Shown here: positions 1-9,385 of the stretch, one piece after another
Layout: each line of letters opens with the position of its first letter
Numbering within the stretch: position 1 is the stretch's first letter
NCBI GenBank assembly: GCA_977020255.1
Contig: CDROCS010005599.1
Location: 1-64,000, forward strand
Length of the DNA stretch: 64,000 nucleotides
Source of the DNA: Obrimoposthia wandeli
Lineage: Eukaryota
Reading direction: 5' to 3'
The notes under the pieces: model-generated
Told to the model about the DNA's origin: nothing
Seen by the model: the letters and a program-made list of their open reading frames with translations, nothing else
Database searches by the model: none
Position numbers and translations under genes: made by a program

Positions 1-126
1 TTCAGACACTTCACTGATTTCTCCTATACTGGCACGATGTATTTGATTATTAATATCCCTTGCCGCTTCTTCTGGATTACCTGCCAGAATTATAGGCCGA
101 CCGACGATGATATGTGACGCACCACA
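1..126 (-). pseudogene. pyrF: C-terminal fragment of an orotidine-5'-phosphate decarboxylase-like gene, joined out of frame to the truncated aspA; open to the window edge
   Basis: Hand translation of 126->1: CGASHIIVGRPIILAGNPEEAARDINNQIHRASIGEISEVSE. This resembles the OMP decarboxylase C-terminal GxxxxVVGRPI...dP..aa..i motif. No 5' part of the gene is present. Confidence 0.6.
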
Positions 127-1168
127 CGCTATACCAAGCATCGAACTCTTGGCCGAGCGTCATGGGCACCGCGTCTTGTAGTTGGGTGCGCCCCATCTTG
201 ACCACATCTGAGAACTCAACCGCTTTTTGCTTGAATTGATAACACAGAGCAGACAATGCACTGACATACTCTTGATGGCTCAATAAAATAGCTAAGCGAA
301 TGGCAGTGGGGTAAGCGTCATTGGTAGATTGCGACAAGTTAACATGATTATTCGGATGTAAATGCTGATAGTCACCGCGCACATATCCCAGTATTTCTAG
401 GGCGCGGTTAGCGATCACTTCATTGGCGTTCATGTTGGTAGAAGTACCAGCGCCGCCTTGAATAACATCGACCACAAAATGTGAATGCCACTTCCCGGCA
501 ATGATTTCATCACAGGCTTGGCAAATAGCTGTCGCTTTGCTCTCATCGAGCATCCCCAGCTTGCGATTGGCTTTAGCCGCGGCTTTTTTCACCATCGCCA
601 GTGCACTGACCAGTTTTGGAAAATGCTGCAGTTGAATACCGGTGATGGCAAAATTTTCTGTGGCGCGAAGCGTTTGTACACCGTAGAGCGCATGATTTGG
701 GACGTCGCGTTCACCGAGTAAATCTGTCTCTGTGCGAGTGCTATTTTGTTGTAGTGCAGTGAGCTGCCATTGCTGACGTTGCATTTCCCATGCTAATAAA
801 AGTGCTGCCAGAGATGCGGTACGCTGCGAGCTGCTGAGCCACTGCTGTAGGGCACTGCGCTCAATCAGTAACAGAGTCGATTCTGTTATGGTTTGATAGT
901 GTATTGCAGCTGTTGTGCTTGAGCTGGCTGGCTCATTCAGCAGTGAATTAATGAGAGTGGGTGCATTGATTGGCAATGAATTGATCGCACAAGATGTAAC
1001 CTGTCCCTGCAATAAAATAGTGAGCTGCTGCGCTGCTAGCAGAGGCAATGAGGCGTTTTTGGCCAGCGCTGACAAGCGGCAAATCTTTAGCAACTCGCTA
1101 AACTCGCTCTCTTCTAAGTGCTCGCATTTAAGGGCTGTTTTGATTAACTTTTTATTATTGGCGTTCAT
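77..1168 (-). pseudogene. aspA: N-terminal degenerate cNMP-binding-like domain fused to aspartate ammonia-lyase; truncated after GQEFDAWYSV
   Basis: Aspartase motifs RTETDLLGERDVP, YGVQTLRATENF, QGGAGTSTNMNANEVIAN, HPNNHVNLSQSTND and KMGRTQLQDAVPMTLGQEF are present. The SSxMPxKxN signature and C-terminal half are absent. About 140 aa of N-terminal extension contains LTILLQGQV...LLLIERSALQQWL. Confidence 0.85.
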
Positions 1169-1291
1169 TTATTTACTCGTACGCTTGAGCGTATTTAAAC
1201 GATAAAAGAGTGCGTGATTCTTGAACGCAAAGACTGACTGAAAGTAGAGCGCGAACGTGAATGCTGCACTATCAGACTATGAAAAGGTCTT

Positions 1292-1342
1292 GCATATGTA
1301 AAATATTATAAATCTGTTAAAAGGATTTGTTTTTCTGATGCA
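1292..1342 (-). promoter_or_regulatory. Copy 1 of a shared 51-nt element with a LysR-type T-N11-A box, upstream of the aspA fusion
   Basis: Minus strand reads tgcatcagaaaaacaaatccttttaacagatttataatattttacatatgc; it aligns without gaps to copies at 2631 and 5392. Confidence 0.7.
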
Positions 1343-1504
1343 CAGAGGCTGCGCTTGATCGTACCGGTACGACAACTCATTGCCACTTGGCCGTTTATTC
1401 GACAAGTTATAGCAGAGAAATTCCCGAGAGATAAAGGGTAAATGCAGTGGAAAATGACGGCGGGTGACTCTTCCTTGAGTCAGTAGAATGGTGTGTCTAG
1501 GAGA

Positions 1505-2479
1505 CTATTGGGGATTAGTGTCGGGGTCAGTTTGTTGCGCCAGGTTTTTATAAAAACGCTGATCGGTAAAGACTGATTGTGCCAGTTCGGCGGCGCGCGC
1601 TTTCAAGGTATTGATGAACGCATCGGCCACGGGAGTCGAGCGCAAACGTGAAATCTTTGCGACCCCTAAACGTAGTGGTCGCAACTCTTCACGCAGTGGT
1701 ATCGCGACAATCTCACTGCCATCCAACGCTAAGTTATTCACCAGTGGGGTATTAAACAGAGAGTAGCCAAAACCATTGGCCACTAGGCCGCGCACCATGC
1801 CTAAAGATTGTGCGCGATAGGCAAAATTCGGTTCCAAATCTTGGCTGAGAAAGAGCGAAAAGAAGTACTCGCGACTCATGGGCCAATCTAACAACACCAT
1901 AGGGTACTCGACGAGTTCTGCCAGTGATAACTCGGTACTTTCAGCCAGTGGGTGGTCCTTTGCCAATGCGACGTAAGGGGGGAATTCAATGATCGGCTCA
2001 AAGTCGATATCGTTGGGCAGCTGTAAATCATAAGTCAGTGCCAGCTCATAGCGTCCCTCTAGCAAACTCTCGATGATGTCTTTTTGGTGGCTTTCATCAC
2101 ACTGAATATTGACCTCAGGATAGGTTTCAATAAATTTTTTCATCAGCGAGGGCAATAATATTGGGGTAAACGTTGGAAAGCTGACGATCCGCAGCGTGCC
2201 GGCGATGTCTTTGCCTAACGTGCTGGCGTAGTGGCCTAAATTATCGGCATCGAGTAACAGTTGCTTTGATTTGAGAATAAATTGACGCCCAGCGGCCGTC
2301 AGTGAAAGCCCCTGTGCGTGATGACGGACAAATAACTGTAATCCAGTGGCATCTTCTAAATGCAATATAGCCGATGAGATAGAAGGCTGTGAGACATGTA
2401 GCTCTTCAGCAGCGCGAGTGACACTGCTGTGCTCACCGGCTTTGACGAAATAACGTAAGTGTTTCAGTGTGAAATGCAT
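1505..2479 (-). CDS. LysR family transcriptional regulator
   Basis: N-terminal HTH LKHLRYFVKAGEHSSVTRAAEELHVSQPSISSAI plus substrate-binding domain; divergent from the flavoprotein operon. Confidence 0.95.
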   Translation of the reverse strand: MHFTLKHLRYFVKAGEHSSVTRAAEELHVSQPSISSAILHLEDATGLQLFVRHHAQGLSLTAAGRQFILKSKQLLLDADNLGHYASTLGKDIAGTLRIVSFPTFTPILLPSLMKKFIETYPEVNIQCDESHQKDIIESLLEGRYELALTYDLQLPNDIDFEPIIEFPPYVALAKDHPLAESTELSLAELVEYPMVLLDWPMSREYFFSLFLSQDLEPNFAYRAQSLGMVRGLVANGFGYSLFNTPLVNNLALDGSEIVAIPLREELRPLRLGVAKISRLRSTPVADAFINTLKARAAELAQSVFTDQRFYKNLAQQTDPDTNPQ

Positions 2480-2630
2480 CTTGGCAGCCTCTTGTTTGTC
2501 GCAGAATTTATCGCACTGTCCTGCATCAATAATTAATTACTAAAAACCATACTAGATTAAAAATAATTATTCAAAGGTTTCCACCGGCGTTAATTTGTCG
2601 CGGATGGGCAGCGAGTTATCGTTTTATATC

Positions 2631-2681
2631 TGCATAGGTTTTTTTGATCTACTTGTTAAGTTAATAATATTTTAACAATGC
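2631..2681 (+). promoter_or_regulatory. Copy 2 of the shared 51-nt element, upstream of the flavoprotein operon
   Basis: tgcataggtttttttgatctacttgttaagttaataatattttaacaatgc. Confidence 0.75.
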
Positions 2682-2736
2682 AAAGAGTTTTTCTACTCTG
2701 GATCAATCGCTAAAGGAAATAAAACAGGACACAGAG

Positions 2737-3996
2737 ATGACAGTTGAAAACATAGACACTTTGGTTATCGGTGCCGGGCAAGCCGGTGTGGCAATGAGTG
2801 AGCATTTAAGTAAGTTAGAAGTGCCACACATCGTATTAGAACGTGACCGTATTGCCGAGCGCTGGCGCACCGGTCGTTGGGATTCACTAGTGGCAAATGG
2901 CCCGGCGTGGCACGATCGCTTTCCCGGTTTAGAGTTTGAAGGGGTCGATGATGATGCATTCGCCTCTAAAGAGCGGGTCGCCGACTACTTTGTCGAATAC
3001 GCCGCTAAGTTTAAAGCACCAGTGCGTACCGGTGTTGCGGTGACCAAAGTGACACGCAATGCCAATCAGTCAGGTTTTATTGTTGAAACCTCTGCTGGGG
3101 TGATTCACGCCAGCCGTGTTGTGGCGGCAACGGGGCCTTTCCAGCGCCCGGTTATTCCACCGATAGCCCCTAAAGATGGGCAGCTACACCAAATACACTC
3201 GGCGGATTATCGCAACCCAGAGCAGTTGCCAGAAGGAGGAGTGCTGGTGGTAGGCGCAGGCTCTTCAGGCGTGCAAATAGCCGATGAGTTGCGCGGTGCC
3301 GGCAGACAGGTTTATCTCTCCGTTGGCGCACATGATCGTCCACCACGGGCTTATCGCAATCGAGATTTTGTCTGGTGGTTAGGCGTACTGGGTGAATGGG
3401 ATGCGGCGGCGATGAAGCCCGGAGCTGAGCATGTCACTATCGCGGTGAGCGGTGCTAAAGGTGGTCAGACCATCGATTTTAGAAAATTGGCCCATCAGGG
3501 TATTACGCTCACCGGACTGACTGAGTCATTTGCGGATGGCAAGGTGACTTTTCAAGGAGATCTAGTCGGTAATATCGCCCGTGGTGATGCCAACTACAAC
3601 GCGCTGCTAGATGCGGCTGATGCCTATATTACTCGCAATGGTTTAGACCTGCCTGAAGAGCCGCAAGCACGCATTGTTCTAGCAGAACCTGATTGTATGA
3701 CCCATCCAATACGCGAGCTAGATCTAGCGCAAGCCGGTATTAATTCCATTATTTGGGCGACCGGTTTTGCGGTGGATTACAACTGGATGGAAGTAGACGC
3801 CTTCGATGACAAAGGCAAGCCACAGCACCAGCGAGGCGTATCGAGTGAGCCTGGAATTTATTTCATCGGGTTGCCGTGGCAGTCGCGCCGCGGCTCATCT
3901 TTCATCTGGGGAGTGTGGCACGACGCAAAGTATGTCGCCGATCACATTGAGACCCAGCGCAAGTATTTAGAATACCGCGACCCTTCACAGCGCTAA
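2737..3996 (+). CDS. FAD/NAD(P)-dependent oxidoreductase, flavin-containing monooxygenase (class B-like)
   Basis: Two Rossmann motifs (VIGAGQAG, VVGAGSSG), FMO-like QIHSADYRNP and WATGF; RBS GGA upstream. Confidence 0.9.
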   Translation: MTVENIDTLVIGAGQAGVAMSEHLSKLEVPHIVLERDRIAERWRTGRWDSLVANGPAWHDRFPGLEFEGVDDDAFASKERVADYFVEYAAKFKAPVRTGVAVTKVTRNANQSGFIVETSAGVIHASRVVAATGPFQRPVIPPIAPKDGQLHQIHSADYRNPEQLPEGGVLVVGAGSSGVQIADELRGAGRQVYLSVGAHDRPPRAYRNRDFVWWLGVLGEWDAAAMKPGAEHVTIAVSGAKGGQTIDFRKLAHQGITLTGLTESFADGKVTFQGDLVGNIARGDANYNALLDAADAYITRNGLDLPEEPQARIVLAEPDCMTHPIRELDLAQAGINSIIWATGFAVDYNWMEVDAFDDKGKPQHQRGVSSEPGIYFIGLPWQSRRGSSFIWGVWHDAKYVADHIETQRKYLEYRDPSQR

Positions 3997-4009
3997 TCGC
4001 GTTTATCGG

Positions 4010-4029
4010 TGTGGCTCTGTTGAGCCACA
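4010..4029 (+). other. Intergenic stem-loop
   Basis: tgtggctc-tgtt-gagccaca, a perfect 8-bp stem between the monooxygenase and Rid genes. Confidence 0.4.
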
Positions 4030-4075
4030 TCTTTGCTTTTCATAGCGTTTAGCACAGAGTTTTTCGGAGTGAAAA

Positions 4076-4492
4076 ATGGCAACACATACTAGAATTCGCA
4101 TGTTTAACACCAAAGAGACCTACCCTAATCAGAGTCTAGATAATGATCTCTGTCAGGCGGTTCGCGCTGGTAATACGGTGTATGTTCGCGGTCAAGTAGG
4201 CACTGATTTTGATGGTAATTTAGTAGGTTTAGGTGATCCAGGTGCACAAGCTGAGCAGGCGATGAAAAATGTTAAGCAGCTGTTGGAAGAGGCGGGCTCA
4301 GACCTCAGTCACGTGGTCAAGACAACAACGTATATAACTGATCCACGCTATCGCGAAGCGGTATACCGCGAGACCGGGAAATGGTTTAAGGGAGTATTTC
4401 CTATCTCTACCGGCCTAGTGGTGCAAGGTTTAGCACAGCCGCAGTGGTTAATGGAAATCGATATTATCGCGGTGATTCCCGACGGTAATTAG
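4076..4492 (+). CDS. Rid (YjgF/YER057c/UK114) family protein lacking the RidA active-site Arg
   Basis: AVRAGNTVYVRGQVG, QAEQAMKNVKQLLEEAG, PISTGLVVQGLAQPQWLMEIDIIA; PIST sits where RidA has PARS. Confidence 0.9.
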   Translation: MATHTRIRMFNTKETYPNQSLDNDLCQAVRAGNTVYVRGQVGTDFDGNLVGLGDPGAQAEQAMKNVKQLLEEAGSDLSHVVKTTTYITDPRYREAVYRETGKWFKGVFPISTGLVVQGLAQPQWLMEIDIIAVIPDGN

Positions 4493-4519
4493 CGTTAATA
4501 AAATGATCTAGGAGTTGCT

Positions 4520-5191
4520 ATGACTTTTTCAGTCGCTGGAGTTTGCCCAGAAACAGGCATGGTGGGTTGCATCATCACCTCATCAAGCATTTGTGTCACT
4601 AGCCGTTGCGCCTTTACGCGCAGCGGTACGGGTGTCGCCCTCACGCAAAATATAACGAATCCAGATTTGGGGCCTTTGGCGCTGGATTTGCTACAGCGCG
4701 GTGATGATGTGGCCGCGGTGATGCAGGCGCTGGGCAAGGCTGACGCTGACGTGCAGTGGCGCCAGCTCGGCGTACTGAGCTTAGACGGCCAAAGTCAGAC
4801 GTTTAGCGGGGAGCGAGCATTGGGAATACACGCCACCGCAAGCGGAAAAAACTGTATCGCCATGGGTAATTTATTGGCCAACACAGCAGTGCCACAGGTC
4901 ATGGTTGAAGCGTTTGAAGCCAGCACAGGACATTTGGCGCAGCGCTTACTGACCGCTCTAGAGGCTGGATTGGCAGCAGGTGGGGAGATGGGGCCCATTC
5001 ACTCGGCCGGATTGCGAGTGAACGCAGAACCGGCTTGGCCAGTGGTTGACTTACGGGTTGATTGGCACCAGAAGCCTATTGCCGAACTAGGGGCGCTGTG
5101 GCGTAACTATCAACCACAAATGCAGGCTTATATTACCCGCGCCACAGACCCTGCTAATGCCGAGTCTTACGGTGTGCCAGGCGACGAGTAG
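4520..5191 (+). CDS. DUF1028 family protein (Ntn-hydrolase superfamily)
   Basis: Starts MTFSVAG (Thr2), with SQNITNP-like TQNITNP, QWRQLGV, GNLLAN, AGGE...HSAGL and VDLRVDWH motifs. Confidence 0.9.
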   Translation: MTFSVAGVCPETGMVGCIITSSSICVTSRCAFTRSGTGVALTQNITNPDLGPLALDLLQRGDDVAAVMQALGKADADVQWRQLGVLSLDGQSQTFSGERALGIHATASGKNCIAMGNLLANTAVPQVMVEAFEASTGHLAQRLLTALEAGLAAGGEMGPIHSAGLRVNAEPAWPVVDLRVDWHQKPIAELGALWRNYQPQMQAYITRATDPANAESYGVPGDE

Positions 5192-5391
5192 CACTTATCT
5201 ATTAAGGCTCACGCAGTGTCTGGGATATGTTCGTGCCACCACAATCCTTGTGCGAGTGGTGGTTGACAGTCTTAGGGGGAACGACTGGATGCACTTGTAT
5301 TAGCTGTCGAGCGCTATTTTTTGCTGCATATCGATTCGCGCCAGCTTGAGGGTGCTGGCAATGCTGTTTGATGTAGCCAGCTGCTACTTCC

Positions 5392-5442
5392 TGTATTCGT
5401 TTTATTTATTCTAAACCTAAGAATTTAATATTTTACTAATGC
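5392..5442 (+). promoter_or_regulatory. Copy 3 of the shared 51-nt element, upstream of the ABC transporter operon
   Basis: tgtattcgttttatttattctaaacctaagaatttaatattttactaatgc. Confidence 0.7.
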
Positions 5443-5546
5443 TGAGTGAAACCCTAACGTCTTAATAGATTAAACAGTGATCAGCCGAGTTTGCAAAGTA
5501 AAGCTTACAGAGCTGCTATCACGTTAAACCATCGAGAATATACGCC

Positions 5547-6617
5547 ATGAAACACGCTATAAATATAAAAAATGTCAGCAAGTATTACGGCGACTATCGC
5601 GCGATTAAAGATATCTCTTTTGATATCAAAGACAACGAATTTTTTACCTTACTCGGCCCCAGTGGCTGCGGTAAAACAACCTTATTGCGAATGATTGCCG
5701 GTTTTGAAATGCCCAGCGGTGGTGTGATTAAACTACACGGTACGGATATCCAATCACTGCCCGCTCATCAGCGCCGTGTTAATACGGTGTTCCAAAATTA
5801 CGCACTCTTTCCTCATATGAACTTAGCGCAAAACATTGGTTTTGGTTTGCAAATGCTTAATTGGAATGAAGAGAAAATAGCAGCGCGAGTAGATGAAATG
5901 CTCGAGTTGGTCCACATGCGACCGTTTGCAGCGCGTATGCCTTCAGCATTGTCAGGAGGGCAACAGCAGCGCATAGCACTGGCCAGAGCACTGGCACCGC
6001 AACCAGAGGTTTTACTCTTAGATGAACCGCTATCGGCACTGGATTTAAAGCTGCGCCAATCAATGCGTGATGAGTTACAGCAATTACAGCGCGATACTGG
6101 GATTACCTTTATTTTTGTTACTCACGACCAGGAAGAGGCGCTGGCGATGTCGGACAGGATTTGTGTGCTAGCTGAGGGGGAAGTGCAACAACTGAGTAGC
6201 CCTAGTGAAATTTATGAAAATCCGAGTAATAAATTTGTCGCTGACTTTATTGGCGAAACCAACTTTATGCCAGTCACCATTCATTGTGACGATAGTGCAA
6301 CGGCTGCAATTACCAACCCTCTTGGGATTGACCTGAAGGTGCCCAATGAGGGTTATAGCCAAGGGCAAGAAGCGACCATGTCGCTGCGGCCAGAAAAAAT
6401 TTCTATCAACACTGCGGGGCTGGAGGTGAATTTACAAGGTGAGATTGTACAGCGTACCTACATGGGTGGTTATACCCACTATAAGGTTCGCATAGCGAAT
6501 GCCACTGAACTGCGTGTATCCAAGCGCAATACGATTAGTAACGATACCGAGTACAGCCTCAATCAACGGGTAGATATTGGCTTTAGCAAAGCGTCGGTGC
6601 GGGTGTTGTGCCAATGA
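5547..6617 (+). CDS. ABC transporter ATP-binding protein, PotA-like
   Basis: Walker A GPSGCGKT, signature LSGGQQQ, Walker B LLLDEP, C-terminal TOBE-like region. Confidence 0.95.
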   Translation: MKHAINIKNVSKYYGDYRAIKDISFDIKDNEFFTLLGPSGCGKTTLLRMIAGFEMPSGGVIKLHGTDIQSLPAHQRRVNTVFQNYALFPHMNLAQNIGFGLQMLNWNEEKIAARVDEMLELVHMRPFAARMPSALSGGQQQRIALARALAPQPEVLLLDEPLSALDLKLRQSMRDELQQLQRDTGITFIFVTHDQEEALAMSDRICVLAEGEVQQLSSPSEIYENPSNKFVADFIGETNFMPVTIHCDDSATAAITNPLGIDLKVPNEGYSQGQEATMSLRPEKISINTAGLEVNLQGEIVQRTYMGGYTHYKVRIANATELRVSKRNTISNDTEYSLNQRVDIGFSKASVRVLCQ

Positions 6618-7489
6618 AAAAGCTGAGTTGGAATTTTTGGGGTCTGTTACCGGCCTATGTAGTGATGTCACTGTTAATGGTGTTACCGCTGTTAATTATC
6701 TTTTACGTATCACTGATGAGCTCAGATCCCTACGGGGGTTTTAAGGCAGTTTTCTCACTGCAATCGTACAGTCAGATTCTCTATAGCGCAGACTGGGATG
6801 ACAACTTAGTCCTCAATTTACAGTACTTGAAAATCATTGCCAGAACCTTGCTGCTCTCCGGCGGCACCGCGGTGATTTGTCTACTGGTTAGCTTCCCGGT
6901 TGCCTACTATATTTCGCGTCAGAGCCACAACGTAAAAACCTTACTGCTCTACTTAGTCACGCTGCCATTTTGGGTCAGCATGGTGGTACGAGTGTACGCT
7001 TGGGTACTTATTTTAAGTAACGATGGGGTGTTGGAAAACGGGTTGCGCTTTTTTGGTTTGGTTGGCGACATCGACAGCTTACTCTACAACAATACCGCGA
7101 TGATGGTGGGTATGGTGTACACCTATATCCCACTGATGATCTTACCTATCTACGCCAGCATCGAAAAATTAGACACGCGTTTGATTGAGGCCGCTAGCGA
7201 TCTTTACAGTAGTCGGATGAATACGTTAAGAACCATCATTTTACCACTGTGTAAACCCGGGATCGTCGCGGGATTTGTCTTAGTGTTGGTGCCTTGTCTG
7301 GGTACGGTGCTTGAACCGATGTTGTTAGGTGGCGGCAAGACCATGATGTTAGGTAATTTGATTCAAAATCAATTTGGCGTGGCGCGCAACTGGTCTTTCG
7401 GTGCCAGTTTAACCGTATTACTACTGTGTATCGTGTTAGCGTTCTTGATGTTCCAAGCGCGCAGAACTAGCGCGTTGAAGGAGCTGTGA
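6614..7489 (+). CDS. ABC transporter permease, PotB-like
   Basis: LPFWVSMVVRVYAW and EAA motif LIEAASDLY. The ATG at 6614 overlaps the upstream stop (ATGA), so I prefer it to the GTG at 6608. Confidence 0.93.
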   Translation: MKKLSWNFWGLLPAYVVMSLLMVLPLLIIFYVSLMSSDPYGGFKAVFSLQSYSQILYSADWDDNLVLNLQYLKIIARTLLLSGGTAVICLLVSFPVAYYISRQSHNVKTLLLYLVTLPFWVSMVVRVYAWVLILSNDGVLENGLRFFGLVGDIDSLLYNNTAMMVGMVYTYIPLMILPIYASIEKLDTRLIEAASDLYSSRMNTLRTIILPLCKPGIVAGFVLVLVPCLGTVLEPMLLGGGKTMMLGNLIQNQFGVARNWSFGASLTVLLLCIVLAFLMFQARRTSALKEL

Positions 7490-8298
7490 TGAATATCTCA
7501 ACTATGTTTAAGCCCAATCGCGATGCAAAGCACTACCCAGGGTTTGGCGCGATAGGAATACTATTTTTTACTTTCCTCTATGTGCCGATACTAGTGATCA
7601 TCGCCTATTCATTTAACAGTAATCGTATTGTCTCGGTGTGGCAGGAGTTTTCTTGGCAGTGGTACGCCAGTGCGCTGCAAAACGAAGGCTTACTCAATGC
7701 ATTACGCGTCTCATTGACGGTGGCACTGTTTGCTACCTTGATAGCCACCGCGATAGCGATTGCTGCCGCACTAGTCTTGGCGAGAGGAAAAAACGTTAAA
7801 CACGCCAAACTGTCGACGGGAGTGATTAATTTACCGCTGATGTTGCCAGAGATTGTCTTTGCAGTGGCTATCTTGATTCTATTTTCGCAACTGGGAATTC
7901 AAAGTGGCTTGTTAAAACTAATTTTAGCGCACAGTGCTTTTTGTATTCCCTTCGCATTTTTACCTATTCGCGCTCGATTACAGGGAATGGATACCAACTT
8001 AGAACAGGCCGCGCAAGACTTGTACGCTACCCCTTTAGTGACTTTTCGCCGTATTACGCTGCCCTTAATCGCCCCCGGTATTTTTGCTGGCGCCATGCTC
8101 AGTTTTGTTATCTCGATGGATGATTTCATCACCAGCAATATTGTATCTGGTGGTGGTGCAACTACTTTACCGGTCTACATATTCTCTTTGGTAAAGCAGG
8201 GTGTCTCACCTGAGCTAAACGCAATATCGACCTTAATCATGGTGGCATCACTATTGATAGCCACACCTTGTTGGCTCATCGCCAAACGCAGCCGCTGA
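7489..8298 (+). CDS. ABC transporter permease, PotC-like
   Basis: YVPILVIIAYSFN, LEQAAQDLYA, SMDDF, TTLPVYIF; the ATG overlaps the upstream stop. Confidence 0.93.
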   Translation: MNISTMFKPNRDAKHYPGFGAIGILFFTFLYVPILVIIAYSFNSNRIVSVWQEFSWQWYASALQNEGLLNALRVSLTVALFATLIATAIAIAAALVLARGKNVKHAKLSTGVINLPLMLPEIVFAVAILILFSQLGIQSGLLKLILAHSAFCIPFAFLPIRARLQGMDTNLEQAAQDLYATPLVTFRRITLPLIAPGIFAGAMLSFVISMDDFITSNIVSGGGATTLPVYIFSLVKQGVSPELNAISTLIMVASLLIATPCWLIAKRSR

Positions 8299-8356
8299 GT
8301 AGACGCTTGGCTGCGAACCCGCATCACTAAATAGTCAAAATAAAAGGAATAAATCT

Positions 8357-9385
8357 ATGAAGTCTTTTACAAAAATCAGCTTATTGGCACTGAGTATATC
8401 TCTGACAACAGGGGCGAGCGCCGCGGGTAAACAGCTTAATGTTTACACTTGGGCGGAGTCAATTGACCCGGTGCTGATCGAGAATTTTCAAAAAGAAACC
8501 GGGATTGAGATTACTTTAGACAGCTATACCTCAAATGAGGATTTACTGGCAAAGCTGAAGTCGGGTAGTAGCGATTATGATGTGGTGTTCCCCAGCCAGC
8601 ACTTCGTTAAAATTATGATCCAAGAAAATTTGCTCAAAAATATTGATGCCAAGAATATGGCTGCATTTAAGCTGGTAGATGATAAGTGGAAAAACCAATG
8701 GTGGGATGCAACCTCAGAATATTCGATCCCCTTTGTTTATGGCACCGCAGGTTATGCTGTCAATCGCGATAAATATAAGGGGCCGGCAAATTCTTGGAAA
8801 GAATTCTTTGAGCCTACAGGAGCCGCTGTTGGGAACGTTGCAGTATTTAGTACCCCCGATGAGATTATCCCCGCGGCACAGCTTTACTTGGGCATAGACT
8901 TTTGCACTGAAAACAGTGCTGATATGAAAAAAGTTTTCCAGTTGTTAAAGAAACAAAAAGAAGATGTGGCCGTCTACAGCTCCGATAATATTAGCTCGCG
9001 TATTGCCAGCGGTGAAGTTGTGATGCACAACTGGTGGGATGGCGATACGATGCGTGCGCGCAAAAATAACAACGCACCTATCGAGTACGCGCAGCCTAAA
9101 GAAGGTTTAGTCGGTTGGTTAGATTCTATGGTGGTACCAAAGAACTCGCGCAACTCGGATAACGCTAAAACGTTTATTAACTGGATGAGTGAAAAAGACA
9201 ACGCGACAACAGAGTATAACTACTATGCTCACTCTTCTGCGGTGGCGATTGATGCAAGCAAAGCCGTCCACAAAGAAGAGAACTCACCTGAGATATTCCC
9301 CACAGCGCCGATTAAATTTACTCGCGCCTGCTCGCCAGCAGCACAAAAATTAGTTGATAAGGTATGGACGCAGTTACTACAGTAA
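8357..9385 (+). CDS. Periplasmic solute-binding protein, PotD/PotF family
   Basis: Signal peptide; LNVYTW, SNEDLLAKL..G...YDVVFPS, PKEG..GWLD motifs. Confidence 0.92.
   Translation: MKSFTKISLLALSISLTTGASAAGKQLNVYTWAESIDPVLIENFQKETGIEITLDSYTSNEDLLAKLKSGSSDYDVVFPSQHFVKIMIQENLLKNIDAKNMAAFKLVDDKWKNQWWDATSEYSIPFVYGTAGYAVNRDKYKGPANSWKEFFEPTGAAVGNVAVFSTPDEIIPAAQLYLGIDFCTENSADMKKVFQLLKKQKEDVAVYSSDNISSRIASGEVVMHNWWDGDTMRARKNNNAPIEYAQPKEGLVGWLDSMVVPKNSRNSDNAKTFINWMSEKDNATTEYNYYAHSSAVAIDASKAVHKEENSPEIFPTAPIKFTRACSPAAQKLVDKVWTQLLQ

Noticed and set aside
2737-3996. 'Flavoprotein involved in K+ transport' label often given to this family
   Set aside because: Motifs and context (Rid, Ntn-hydrolase, LysR) point to an oxygenase; there is no potassium transporter nearby.
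5280-5372. Short open frame (GERLDALVLAVERYF...) between DUF1028 and the ABC operon
   Set aside because: No start codon or recognisable family; cannot be supported as a gene relic.
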